Of a DNA stretch of 64,000 nucleotides, positions 21,329 to 32,500 are shown in pieces (the first letter of the stretch is position 1; every line of letters starts with the position of its first letter). The translations under genes and the position numbers were made by a program. Below the pieces are notes generated by a model. It searched no databases. It worked only from the letters and a program-made list of their open reading frames with translations, and was not told where the DNA came from. The stretch lies in assembly GCA_963701295.1 (NCBI GenBank), contig OY969585.1:3264001-3328000 (forward strand), in the 5' to 3' direction. The DNA is from Ignavibacteriota bacterium. GTDB lineage: Bacteria; Bacteroidota; Ignavibacteria; UBA10030.

Positions 21329-21385
21329 GTGATTTAGTGACTTGGTGATTTGATGTCGTCAATCACCAAATCGCAAATCGTAAAT
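21329..21385. repeat. Degenerate 7-8-mer tandem repeats forming an inverted repeat between sufB and sufC
   Basis: GATTTAGT GACTTGGT GATTTGAT ... AATCACCA AATCGCA AATCGTA; TTGGTGATT pairs perfectly with AATCACCAA. Confidence 0.55.
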
Positions 21386-22831
21386 TTACCCAACGCTTCC
21401 TTCCAAGCTCACTCCCAGAAGTTTCTGTGCCTCGACTGCAAACTCCATCGGTAATTCATGGAAGACTTCCCTGCAAAACCCGTTCACAATCATATTCACT
21501 GCATCTTCTGTGGAAAGACCACGTTGCTTGCAGTAAAATATTTGATCTTCACCGATCTTTGATGTAGTTGCTTCGTGTTCGGCTTTCGAGGAAGTGTTTT
21601 TCACTTCGATGTATGGGAAGGTATGTGCGCCGCACTTGTCACCTAAAAGAAGTGAATCGCATTGAGAATAATTACGTGAATTGATGGCATTCTTTTTCAT
21701 TTCTACCAATCCCCGATAGGAGTTTTGTCCATGGCCTGCTGAAATGCCCTTCGATACAATCGTGCTTTTTGTATTTTTCCCAATGTGGGTCATTTTTGTC
21801 CCAGTATCTGCTTGCTGATAATTGTTTACAACAGCAACAGAATAGAACTCGCCAACTGAATTATCACCGATCAGCAGCACACTTGGATATTTCCATGTAA
21901 TAGCAGAACCCGTCTCAACCTGCGTCCATGAGATTTTGGAATTCACACCGGCACATTTTCCGCGTTTTGTGACAAAATTATAAATACCGCCGCGGCCCTC
22001 TTTATCACCGGGATACCAGTTTTGCACTGTCGAATATTTAATGCGTGCATTATCCAACGCAATTAATTCCACAACGGCAGCATGGAGTTGATTTTTATCA
22101 CGCATGGGGGCCGTACATCCTTCAAGGTAACTCACCTGCGCTCCCTCTTCCGCCACTATCAGAGTGCGCTCAAACTGTCCGGTATCTGCTGCATTAATAC
22201 GAAAGTACGTTGATAATTCCATCGGACAGCGAATACCCTTCGGAATAAAACAAAATGAGCCGTCACTAAATACAGCCGAATTCAGTGCGGCAAAATAATT
22301 GTCATTTGCCGGCACAACAGAACCGAGATATTTTCGCACGAGATCCGGGTGTTCTCGAACGGCTTCGGAAAATGAACAAAAAATGATCCCGAGTTCCTTT
22401 AATTTTTCTTTGAACGTTGTCGCAACAGAAACACTGTCGAATACAGCATCGACCGCAACACCTGCAAGCCATTCCTGTTCGCGCAGAGGAATGCCGAGTT
22501 TCTCATATGTCCGAAGCAACTCTGGATCGACCTCCGAAATATCTTTCAACTCGGTCTTTTTCCTAGGTGCCGAATAATACACAATAGTCTGATAGTCAAT
22601 TTGCGGATAATGAATGTTTGGCCACCGCGGCTCTTCCATCTTTTGCCAATGCCGGTACGATTTTAAACGCCATTCGAGCAGCCATCCCGGTTCCTGCTTC
22701 TTGGTAGAAATGAATCTGATAATGTCTTCATTCAAACCGGCAGGCGCGGAATCTGCTTCTATGTCCGTGATAAATCCATACTTGTATTCCTGAGCTGCAA
22801 ACTCTTCTATGGCATTCGTTTCAGTATTCAT
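21386..22831 (-). CDS. sufB: Fe-S assembly protein SufB
   Basis: [50 protein letters not shown]; likely start ATG 22831. Confidence 0.97.
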   Translation of the reverse strand: MNTETNAIEEFAAQEYKYGFITDIEADSAPAGLNEDIIRFISTKKQEPGWLLEWRLKSYRHWQKMEEPRWPNIHYPQIDYQTIVYYSAPRKKTELKDISEVDPELLRTYEKLGIPLREQEWLAGVAVDAVFDSVSVATTFKEKLKELGIIFCSFSEAVREHPDLVRKYLGSVVPANDNYFAALNSAVFSDGSFCFIPKGIRCPMELSTYFRINAADTGQFERTLIVAEEGAQVSYLEGCTAPMRDKNQLHAAVVELIALDNARIKYSTVQNWYPGDKEGRGGIYNFVTKRGKCAGVNSKISWTQVETGSAITWKYPSVLLIGDNSVGEFYSVAVVNNYQQADTGTKMTHIGKNTKSTIVSKGISAGHGQNSYRGLVEMKKNAINSRNYSQCDSLLLGDKCGAHTFPYIEVKNTSSKAEHEATTSKIGEDQIFYCKQRGLSTEDAVNMIVNGFCREVFHELPMEFAVEAQKLLGVSLEGSVG

Positions 22832-22855
22832 AATTTCTTTTACTCGACCAATCAT

Positions 22856-23260
22856 TCATACAATTTGTTCCAGTGTTGTGTTTTCAAAAAGTGCGTTGAG
22901 GTTATGTTGCATCTTGCCCAATGGCTTACGAATAATGCAAGCATCAAAAATTGAACAGCTCTCTCCACCATCGGCATAACATTCGGCTATTGTGGCTTTC
23001 TCTTCTTCAATTACGTTGATAATGTAAGAAACTTGAATTTGATCGGGTTTTTTTGCAAGAGAATATCCGCCCCGCATTCCCTGCGTTGAAACAACCACTC
23101 CGGATTTCGTAAGTTTCTGTAAAACCTTCGCTAGAAGTTCGTATGAAATATTATACTTAACTGCAATTTCTTTCGCCGTGAACACATGACCATGCGAATT
23201 CATCGCCATATGACGCAGCGCGATGAGAGCATATTCCACTTTTTTTGAAAGTTGAAGCAT
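22856..23260 (-). CDS. Rrf2-family (IscR/SufR-like) regulator of the SUF operon
   Basis: LSKKVEYAL, GMRGGYSL, three C-terminal Cys; first gene of suf operon. Confidence 0.9.
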   Translation of the reverse strand: MLQLSKKVEYALIALRHMAMNSHGHVFTAKEIAVKYNISYELLAKVLQKLTKSGVVVSTQGMRGGYSLAKKPDQIQVSYIINVIEEEKATIAECYADGGESCSIFDACIIRKPLGKMQHNLNALFENTTLEQIV

Positions 23261-23262
23261 AA

Positions 23263-23283
23263 ATACGACCGATCCGGTCTTAT
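23263..23283. promoter_or_regulatory. Candidate Rrf2 operator ATAAGACCG-GAT-CGGTCGTAT
   Basis: 9-bp inverted repeat with one mismatch directly upstream of the rrf2 start codon. Confidence 0.55.
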
Positions 23284-23426
23284 ATTACTCCAAAAAATAA
23301 GAGTCTTCCAACATGACTCTTCCTGTTTAAATATCTAACTCTTTTCTTCTAAAATCAAGTACTTCTAAAATTTTCACACTCAATCATCTTTGAAGAGAGA
23401 ACATTATTCTCTATTTTATCTTTTGT

Positions 23427-24359
23427 ATGGAAGCACTTCAAACAGTCGATCTGACGAAGCATTATCGATCTGGCCTGTTCAAAAGAAAGAACATCATTGC
23501 GCTCGAAAAAGTTTCCCTTTCTATCGAACAAGGTGAAATTTTCGGATTGCTGGGTCCTAACGGAGCGGGAAAGACGACGTTTATCAAGCTCCTTCTTTCT
23601 ATAGCACATCCAACATCAGGTGCAGCCACAGTTCTCGGTCATCCGTTAGGACAGCGTGCGCTCAAAGAACAATGCGGATACCTGCCAGAGAGCCATCGAT
23701 ATCCAGGATTTCTAACTGCATTGGATACATTGATATTCTTTGGAAGACTGAATGGATTGCAAGAAAATAAATTGAAGGACAAAGCACATTTCTTACTCGA
23801 AATGGTAGGATTGAAAGAATGGACGAAAGTCAAAACAAAAAAGTTTTCAAAAGGAATGCTACAACGGCTCGGACTTGCACAGGCACTCGTCAATGATCCA
23901 AAATTATTATTTCTTGATGAACCGACAGACGGCGTTGATCCAATTGGCCGCAAAGAAATTCGCGATCTTCTTCTGCGGTTGAAAAGAGAAGGCACCACCA
24001 TTTTCTTGAACTCCCATTTGCTTTCTGAGATAGAAATGATTTGCGACCATATAGCAATTCTCAATAAAGGAAAAGTGGTACGCACCGGAATAATCTCAGA
24101 ATTAACGAGACAGAAGCTAGCGTACATTATTCAATTATCTGCACCGATATCCGAAGACCTTCGAGTACGTCTCAGCCAATCGCACTTTTCTCTTGAGTTT
24201 AAAGATACCTGTCTCACTGTTACAATAAAAGATAAATCGGAGCTCAATTCGATCATTGACACACTCCGTGCCGGTGGAATAGGAATTGAGGGCATGACAC
24301 AACAGAAAATATCGCTCGAAGATTACTTCATTCAGCTCATGAAAGGAGAAAACGAATAG
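23427..24359 (+). CDS. ABC transporter ATP-binding protein
   Basis: GPNGAGKTT, FSKGMLQR, LDEPT, SHLL. Confidence 0.93.
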   Translation: MEALQTVDLTKHYRSGLFKRKNIIALEKVSLSIEQGEIFGLLGPNGAGKTTFIKLLLSIAHPTSGAATVLGHPLGQRALKEQCGYLPESHRYPGFLTALDTLIFFGRLNGLQENKLKDKAHFLLEMVGLKEWTKVKTKKFSKGMLQRLGLAQALVNDPKLLFLDEPTDGVDPIGRKEIRDLLLRLKREGTTIFLNSHLLSEIEMICDHIAILNKGKVVRTGIISELTRQKLAYIIQLSAPISEDLRVRLSQSHFSLEFKDTCLTVTIKDKSELNSIIDTLRAGGIGIEGMTQQKISLEDYFIQLMKGENE

Positions 24360-25198
24360 TGAGGTTCTTGGGCATGTTTCGGTTTACCATCGGAGAAGTA
24401 CTTCGCAAGGGAACGCTCATTTTCTATTTTAGCGTTGCTACCTGCTTTCTAATATTCTTTGCTTTAGGCATCAGCCATTCTCCCGACGATCCTGATATAG
24501 TGACAATCTTTGGTTCACCCTTTGCCCATCAATCTCAACCAGGATTGAATGTCATCGAATTCATTCTTCTCCAATTACATTCATCATCTGTTTTTTGGAT
24601 TATTCTTTTTGGTGTTTTCGGCGTCGCCGGGCTCATTCCGGGAATGTTAGAAAAAGGTACCATCGATCTTTTCCTCAGCAAACCACTTGCCCGCACTGAA
24701 TTGTTGATGGCGCGTGCTCTTGGCGCCGCATCCGGAATTGCCGTAAATCTCATCTACTTCTTCGTTGGTATTTGGCTTATTTTTGGTTTAAAAGCTGGGG
24801 TGTGGCACTGGGGATTTCTCTCATCTGTCATCTACGTTGTATATGCTTTCATTTGTTTCTTTTCCGTAGTCACTATCGCCGGATTGATCACGCGCAGTCC
24901 CGGATTTTCAATCATGATAGCATTTTCTTTCGCACTAATCTCCTGGGGACTTGAATTAAGAGAGAACGGACTCTATCGACTCTGGGATAATGTCGTCTAT
25001 CATCGATTGCTCGACGCGTTCTATTATCTCACTCCGCAGCTCAATGCGATGCTTGAAAATTCTTCGCGTGTGATCGGGAAAAATCCATTCATTCCATCTC
25101 CTGCAGAATTTACATTCATGCCGTTTCTCTACTCGTTCTTTTCTACATCTCTTCTCTACGGCCTTTCTGTTTGGTATTTTTCACGTCAGGATTATTGA
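24359..25198 (+). CDS. ABC-2 type permease
   Basis: About six hydrophobic segments, EKGTIDLFLSKPL motif, coupled to the ATPase gene. Confidence 0.85.
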   Translation: MRFLGMFRFTIGEVLRKGTLIFYFSVATCFLIFFALGISHSPDDPDIVTIFGSPFAHQSQPGLNVIEFILLQLHSSSVFWIILFGVFGVAGLIPGMLEKGTIDLFLSKPLARTELLMARALGAASGIAVNLIYFFVGIWLIFGLKAGVWHWGFLSSVIYVVYAFICFFSVVTIAGLITRSPGFSIMIAFSFALISWGLELRENGLYRLWDNVVYHRLLDAFYYLTPQLNAMLENSSRVIGKNPFIPSPAEFTFMPFLYSFFSTSLLYGLSVWYFSRQDY

Positions 25199-25287
25199 GA
25201 ATATTATACATTCTCGCATATCACTTCCCTCCCCCCGTTTGAATGTGACAAGATTTCTAACTACCTTTTTTAAATAATGAGGAAATT

Positions 25288-26424
25288 ATGAAAATCGGCA
25301 TTACATGTTACCCTACATACGGCGGCAGCGGGGTTGTTGCTACAGAGCTTGGTAAGGCTCTTGCCAAACGCGGACATTCTGTGCATTTTATCAGCTATGC
25401 GATGCCGATGCGCCTTAGCGGCTTTCAAGACAACATTGTGTACCATGAAGTTGAAATGTCAAGTTACCCGCTCTTCGACTTCCCGTTGTATACTTTAGCA
25501 CTCGCCAGCAAGATGGTGGAAGTAGCACGATATGAGAAACTCGATCTCTTCCATTGTCATTATGCTCTCCCTCACGCCACAAGTGCATATCTTGCTCGAC
25601 AGATATTGCAAGAGACAAACATCAAGATCATCACAACACTGCATGGAACAGACATCACGCTTGTCGGACTTGAGCCAAGCTTTCTTGCAATCATGAAATT
25701 CAGCATTGAACAGAGCGATGGCGTAACAGCGGTCTCACGGTTCCTCAAAGAAAAAACGTTAACGAACTACAATATCAACAAAGAGATTGAGGTCATTCCT
25801 AACTTCATCGACATTGAAAAATATCGAAGAAATCCTTCAACAAAATTTTGTGCCAACTGTGCACCGCATGGCGAGAAAGTTCTCGTCCACACTTCAAACT
25901 TCCGTCCGGTGAAGCGCGTACTCGATGTCATCAAAATTTTCAACGAAGTTCAGAAAAAAGTACCGAGCGTTCTCATCCTCATCGGTGACGGACCGGATCG
26001 TTCGCAGTGCGAAATGCTGTGCCACGAGCTTGGAATTCAAGAAAAAGTACGATTCCTTGGAAAGCAAGCCGAATTAGTTCCTATTCTTTCGACCGCCCAT
26101 TTATTCCTCATGCCAAGTCAATCAGAAAGTTTTGGATTATCCGCACTCGAAGCGATGGCTTGTGAAGTTCCTGTCATTTCCTCCAGCGTCGGCGGATTGC
26201 CTGAGCTTCAAGTACATGGTCAGACTGGCTTCATTGCTGAAATCGGCGACATTGATCGGATGGCACGCTATGCCATAGACCTGCTCACGAATCCACCAAA
26301 GCACGCACTGTTTGCAGAGGCAGCACGCAAACGAGCCATTGAATTTGAATCATCGAAGATCGTAACACAGTATGAACAGCACTACGAACGGATTCTCGCC
26401 AATGTCGGCAGCCCTGTAAAATAA
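25288..26424 (+). CDS. bshA: N-acetyl-alpha-D-glucosaminyl L-malate synthase (bacillithiol biosynthesis)
   Basis: MKIGITCYPTYGGSGVVATELG, HYALPHA, TTLHGTD, SNFRPVKR, ESFGLSALEAM. Confidence 0.93.
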   Translation: MKIGITCYPTYGGSGVVATELGKALAKRGHSVHFISYAMPMRLSGFQDNIVYHEVEMSSYPLFDFPLYTLALASKMVEVARYEKLDLFHCHYALPHATSAYLARQILQETNIKIITTLHGTDITLVGLEPSFLAIMKFSIEQSDGVTAVSRFLKEKTLTNYNINKEIEVIPNFIDIEKYRRNPSTKFCANCAPHGEKVLVHTSNFRPVKRVLDVIKIFNEVQKKVPSVLILIGDGPDRSQCEMLCHELGIQEKVRFLGKQAELVPILSTAHLFLMPSQSESFGLSALEAMACEVPVISSSVGGLPELQVHGQTGFIAEIGDIDRMARYAIDLLTNPPKHALFAEAARKRAIEFESSKIVTQYEQHYERILANVGSPVK

Positions 26425-26459
26425 TCAAACCAACAACACGCTATGCATTCTTATGAAAA

Positions 26460-28700
26460 TCAAGCAGGACTGAGTTTTGCATATTTCACTATAAGATTCT
26501 TTCTACCATATTCATCAAATAGTACAATTGCTTTTTGGGTTTCCCCTTTCCCGTTTACTTCCACCACGCGACCGCGTCCGAACAATTCATGCTTAACAAT
26601 AATCCCACGCTTAATCTCGAAATGCTCCTGAGATTCTGCCTCATAATCCGGCATCGTATCGCCAAAATACGCTGATCCTTCTTTTGATTTCTGACGAACC
26701 GATCGTTTTGAAGTTGCTGTCGGTTTATCAAACTCGAACAGCGGCACACCTGGTGATTGATGTGGAATGCGTTTGCTAATTCGTTCAATATTTTCAGTAC
26801 CCAATTCAGAGAGGAATCGAGATTCACTTGGATAGGTAACATCGCCAAAACGATAGCGCAGGTTCGTGTAGGTAATATAGAGCTTTTGCTCCGCACGAGT
26901 AATACCGACATAAAAGAGCCGTCGTTCTTCTTCCACATCCGCGGATTCAAGCGTGCTCGAATAGAATGGAAGAAGTCCTTCCTCTAATCCTGCAATGATC
27001 ACAACTGGAAACTCAAGGCCTTTTGATGCATGCAACGTCATCAATGTGACAGAATTTTGTTCTCCCTCCCATGTGTCAATATCGGACACAAGCGCAACTT
27101 CTTCGAGAAATAATTCGAGTGTTGCATTTGGTTTCTCGTGACTGAATTCAGAGATGGCTGAAAGCAGCTCTTGCACGTTTTCCCACCTGCCCATCGATTC
27201 AGCAGTTTGTTCTTCTTTGAAAGCTGTCAGAATTCCCAACTCATCTACAAGTGAGCGGGCAAGCTCACTGAATGTCATCTGTGGACGCAGCATCTGATAT
27301 TTTTCGATAAGGGTTCTAAATTGTGCAAGGCTACTCTTTGCCCGATTCGTCAACTCCGTGATCTCTTCTATTCTCTTCAGCGAATCGAAAATCGATATAG
27401 AGTGTACGCCACTAAACGCACGAACGTGTTCTACGGTGACATCGCCAATTCCGCGTGCAGGATAATTGAGAATACGCAACAAACTTTCTTCGTCAGTAGG
27501 ATTGGCCAACAGCCGCAAGTATGCAAGTATATCTTTTATTTCCTTTCGTTCGTAAAACCGCGTACCTCCAACAATCTCATAGGGGATCGCGTTCTTTCTG
27601 AATGCCTCCTCCAGTGCACGGGACTGGGCATTTGTTCGATAGAGCACGGCAAAATCTTTCAGATCGAGTTTACGCTGTTGACCTTCTTGTTGGATAGCTC
27701 GGACAATCTTGCTTCCCTCCTCATGGTCATCTGCACACTGAACAAGTGTCACCGGCTCGCCCAATGGGTTTGCTGTCCACAGATTTTTCTTTAACTGTTC
27801 TTTGTTGAAGTGAATGAGCTGATCTGCGACAGAGATAATCGACTTTGTAGAGCGGTAGTTTTGCTCCAGGCGAAAGAGCTGACAATCTGAAAAGTCCTTT
27901 TGAAAATCAAGAATGTTACGAATATCGGCTCCGCGGAAAGAATAAATGCTCTGTGCATCATCGCCCACAACAGAAATATTGCGATACTTGGTCCCAAGCA
28001 ACTGAACAACCCGATATTGTGCACGATTTGTATCTTGAAACTCATCTACCAGAATAAATTTAAACCGATCTTGATATTTTTCCAACACCGCTTTCTTCTT
28101 CTCAAAGAGTTCAATCGGTTTTACCAAAAGATCGTCGAAATCCATAGCATTGCTTCGTTCGAGTGTCTTTTGATATTCAGCATAGACAAGTGCCGCCTTT
28201 TCATCAAAAAGGTCTCGTGCAAGTTCGGCATACCTGCCGGGTGAAAGATATTGATTCTTTGCCATGCTCATACGCGAACGAATCGCGATTGGATTGAATT
28301 GCTGTGTTGGCAGATTTAATTTCGTCATCACTTTTTTGATGGCACTGAGCGAATCATCAGAATCATAAATGGTGAAAGCAGGTGTGAACTTCAGGTGCAT
28401 ACATTCTTTGCGGAGAATCCGTGCGAACATGGAATGGAATGTACCCATCCAGAGATTGCCCGCTTCATCACCCTTGAGCTTGATGATGCGGTTCTTCATC
28501 TCATTCGCTGCTTTGTTTGTGAACGTGAGTGCAAGAATTTGATACGAAGGCACACCGCATGCCATAAGATAAGCAATGCGATAGGTAAGCACGCGCGTTT
28601 TTCCGCTGCCGGCTCCGGCGATGATCATAACCGGGCCATTTGTGGCTTTCACTGCTTTAATTTGAGCTGGATTGAGATCTTCGAGAAATTTCATCAACAT
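26460..28700 (-). CDS. pcrA: UvrD/PcrA ATP-dependent DNA helicase
   Basis: AGAGSGKT, VDEFQDTN, GDDAQSIYSFRGA, LEQNYRS, TLHASKGLEF, EERRLFYVGITRA. Confidence 0.93.
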   Translation of the reverse strand: MLMKFLEDLNPAQIKAVKATNGPVMIIAGAGSGKTRVLTYRIAYLMACGVPSYQILALTFTNKAANEMKNRIIKLKGDEAGNLWMGTFHSMFARILRKECMHLKFTPAFTIYDSDDSLSAIKKVMTKLNLPTQQFNPIAIRSRMSMAKNQYLSPGRYAELARDLFDEKAALVYAEYQKTLERSNAMDFDDLLVKPIELFEKKKAVLEKYQDRFKFILVDEFQDTNRAQYRVVQLLGTKYRNISVVGDDAQSIYSFRGADIRNILDFQKDFSDCQLFRLEQNYRSTKSIISVADQLIHFNKEQLKKNLWTANPLGEPVTLVQCADDHEEGSKIVRAIQQEGQQRKLDLKDFAVLYRTNAQSRALEEAFRKNAIPYEIVGGTRFYERKEIKDILAYLRLLANPTDEESLLRILNYPARGIGDVTVEHVRAFSGVHSISIFDSLKRIEEITELTNRAKSSLAQFRTLIEKYQMLRPQMTFSELARSLVDELGILTAFKEEQTAESMGRWENVQELLSAISEFSHEKPNATLELFLEEVALVSDIDTWEGEQNSVTLMTLHASKGLEFPVVIIAGLEEGLLPFYSSTLESADVEEERRLFYVGITRAEQKLYITYTNLRYRFGDVTYPSESRFLSELGTENIERISKRIPHQSPGVPLFEFDKPTATSKRSVRQKSKEGSAYFGDTMPDYEAESQEHFEIKRGIIVKHELFGRGRVVEVNGKGETQKAIVLFDEYGRKNLIVKYAKLSPA

Positions 28701-28825
28701 ATGAATTCTATGAGGTAAAATGGTAAGGATAAATTACACGGAGGGCAAGAAAACTATAAAGATTTCTTCAACCGGTTTTCAACAATGAGCTATGAGGAAC
28801 ATCTAAGAAAAATGGCCGCCGCGCG

Positions 28826-29335
28826 TCATACAGGCAGTGCACCTTCAAGTCGAAGAAGAAATTCCTTAGTCTTCAATCCTGCCGCGTAGCCGATAAGTCT
28901 TGAGTTCGATCCGATGACTCGATGACATGGAACAACAATGGGAAGCGGATTCGAACCATTGGCTTTTCCCACCGCTTGAAACCCGCGCTGTACTCCCACT
29001 CGCTTTGCAAGTTCCTTATAGGAAATTGTTTTTCCATACCGGATTCTTTTTAATTCCAACCACACACGACGCTGGAATTCCGTCCCCACCGGATCGAGAT
29101 GGCTATGGAATTTCACAAGCCGTCGGTCGAAGTAGCGATTCAATTCATCGATAATCTGGCGATTCTTTGTTGATGTTTCGATAAGTTCAGCATCTGCAAA
29201 TTTCTTCTGCAACCATGCAAGGAATTCCTTTTTCGTTTGAGCAGGAATACTGATCTTGCAAACACCCAATGTTGTGGAGGCAACGTGGATTGTGCCGATC
29301 TTTGAGTTGAAGGAGGTATAGTAAATTTTCGTCAT
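28826..29335 (-). CDS. ogt: Methylated-DNA--protein-cysteine methyltransferase
   Basis: GTEFQRRVW, NPLPIVVPCHRV active-site motif. Confidence 0.93.
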   Translation of the reverse strand: MTKIYYTSFNSKIGTIHVASTTLGVCKISIPAQTKKEFLAWLQKKFADAELIETSTKNRQIIDELNRYFDRRLVKFHSHLDPVGTEFQRRVWLELKRIRYGKTISYKELAKRVGVQRGFQAVGKANGSNPLPIVVPCHRVIGSNSRLIGYAAGLKTKEFLLRLEGALPV

Positions 29336-29533
29336 TGTTCTGATAGATTTCCCCAAACAGGTTCTACTTTTAATTCACATTTCTTCTTTATACTTGACCT
29401 GATACTGATTTTTTATTGATTTATCATGAAAAGAAGCCAGCCGAAAGCCGAAAAAGTATAACCAAAAGGTAGCTGAAAGGCAAGCACTCTCGTCCATCTG
29501 TAGGTTTTTTTTAAGAAAATATCTTGACAAAAC

Positions 29534-32500
29534 TTAGAAAAATGCCTTTGCTTCCATCCGCGCAAAATGAACTGGTGTGTGCCCTCCTTCACTCCGCCCA
29601 TTATAATTAATCGATAATTGCAGATTACTGCTAATACGAAAATCGAATATCAATTGCCAGAGATAGCTTTGCCCGATGACTTTCCCTTCAGTAAATTCAT
29701 ACGGTAAGGAAAGGGTTGGATCTTTGACATTAGCTAGAACGACTTCTTCACGGTTCACTTCCGCTTGCAATTGTCCTTCACCTGGAAACGATTGGACAAT
29801 CCTGATACCTTCTACATTGATATTCGCAGTCGCATTTATCCCGGCGAAACTATTTACTATTTCTGTTACACCAAAATTAAAGCCAACTTCCCAATTCAAC
29901 GCCGGTTTATAAGAAAAATCAGATAACAGGGCATTTGAAACCAAATCGCGCTCACTCGTTGATGCTGGGAATGCGGTTAATCGATCCGTTTTATTGATGA
30001 AATCTGTTTGATTGCCGATTTCTTGCACCAGTTGTGAACGCACTCGAATAGACTTCTCCTGCGTATAACTTTCTTCTACTCCTGAGACAAATTGTGACAG
30101 CCCGTACTGCTCGTTGTAACGAAATCGGAACGACAGATCTGAGTTATTCTCAAAAAGAAAAACATCTTGTGTAATTTGTTGTGAACCAGCAATGGTCGTT
30201 TGATCGTTCAAGAAGCGCGAGAAGTTGAGCAAATAAATTTGTTTCGTGTCTGTTTCTTTGCTTTTTTCATCCACACGTAAATATGTTTCAGTTGAAATCG
30301 ACCGGAGTACTTTATTAAACCATTCGGAAGAAGCCGGAATAAGACGTGCAGGTTGCAACCGCAAGCGAATACTCGCTTTGAGATCTGCGACCGGATATAA
30401 TTGATCACTTGGCAGGTAGACAACAATATAGTCACCATCGAATCGGGTAAGTTCAAAATCATCTTCATCAACAACACCGTTACCATTCTTATCACCCAGA
30501 TACCGGTAGTTACCGCTCCCCGGTGTAACCCGGACAAATATTCTCTCCAATTGTGCAGAGCGCTGATTGGAAAATTCATAATAGAGATCGGTTTCTATGG
30601 CTCGCTGGAAAGGTGTAAAACGTGTTTGGGATCGAACGAGAACGGCATCTGAATTAAGATTTCCATGCGACTTGAATTCGTCAGTGAACTCAACGTTGCG
30701 AAGGTTCAATGCAAGTGAACTCGAAAGCAACTGGTTATCGTTCAATTGCCATGTGTACAGTTGCGTGACTGACTGCGATGCACGATGGAGAGCTCCAACA
30801 GCGGCACTGTCTTCTGTTCGAAACTGGAGTTCGAATGATGCGGTCATCTTAGCATATTCAGCAGTGGTGAGCCGTGGCGCAATCTCTAGAAAGCGGAAAC
30901 TACCCAGACTCATCGAATCCAGTCCAGTCGGCATGGCAATACGTTCTTCGGATTCAATGCGAAATCCAGGACGCCATTTGGCAATCTCATACTCTGCAAT
31001 GCCATGCTGGCGAGTCCAATGTGATCCATCGTGCAAAAGTGTGTTCGAAGTATTTATCATTTCTATCTGGTACTGAGCTGTCGCCAGATTCGAGTCTGCA
31101 ATTCCAAGGTCGATCTGCGTTCTTGTTGATTGTACTTCACCGGGCCGACTGAGCGCACCGTATGACGCTACGCCACTTACACTTCGCGTAGGACGATAGG
31201 CGAAGGAGAATTCCTGTATATCCTCGTCGGCAGTTGCCACTTCCGTAAGATTCCATTTACGATTGAACTCTACTTCATTTACACGATCCATCGCAAGAAA
31301 GCGCCGATCCACAAACCGATCGGAAATATGCGCATCCACTTCACCGATATTCGATCCTCCAATAATCAACCGTTTTGGATTGTACCGAGCAGCAAACATG
31401 AACGCACCGCCTTTCATGCTAGATGTATCATCTATAGAAAATCGATTTTGATCAAAACGGCTCATCGCGTATTCGCCGGAGAGCGAGAAATCTGAACCGA
31501 GCGATGCTTGTCCGTTCACGTCAATCACTTGATGAAGTTGCGGCATCGGCAAAAATTGCACGGGAATGTAACTCCCCTCTCCGATCCCTTTGAAATGAAA
31601 TTCACCCGTTGCAACACGATCGTATCCGGCAGAATCAGCAGGCACACTCTCCACAGGCGAGAAATACGCCGTATAGCGAGCCAGCGAATCGCCGGGCGAA
31701 TACTCAAGAATCGAATAATGCCTGCCATTGATTACTGTGTCCTGCAAAATATACTGACCCTTACCGGTATCCACCTTGGCAATTCCAGATACAGATGCTT
31801 TCATACGATCGCCACCGCTTTGCCGAAGGATAGCACGAGTTGAGTCATTTAACGAAAAATCTATCGGTGAATCAGGATCGTCCGCTTCCTGTGCAAATGA
31901 AACATTCAATTTTAATCCATGACCGAACGCACTCTCGCTTAGGCTTCCTGCAATAAGATTGCGAACGAATTGTTGGTCGGAATATTCAAAATCGATCGTG
32001 ATTCGTGAAGCGTTTGTTATTAATCGACGACTGGAAAACGTTACTTCGCCGCCGGCATAATCAATAACATAGTCATTCACTTCTCCGCGAGCCATCAATT
32101 CACCATTAAGATATACTCGATCACTGCCCGCAATGATGACGAGACGATTCTCTCCATTATTACCTGTGAGGCGGTATGGGCCTTGCACACCTTCTATCCC
32201 CTGAAATTGATTTGTAGCGTACTTTCCTCGTGCAGTTGCGCCAGTAAGAGACATTGAACCGTCAAGATCGGATCCGCCAATACGATCAAAGGACGCGGTA
32301 CCTCGCCCACCCTGAAGTTTGCGATTTAATCTTCCGAACTCGCCTCCTTCTTTTTGATCAATTTGCAGGTCAAAATCTCCAAGCGTTGCAGAGTAATGAG
32401 GATTCTTGATTTCGACATAGACCTTATCAACCTCTTGCAGAGTTTGTGTAGTACCCTCCGGCTGGAGAGGTGAGTTTTCATCCGTCAGTGCTGCCGTCAC

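Noticed and set aside
29430-29500. Possible riboswitch upstream of ogt (GCCGAAAGCCGAAA...)
   Set aside because: Could not be matched to any known aptamer consensus or folded into a convincing structure.
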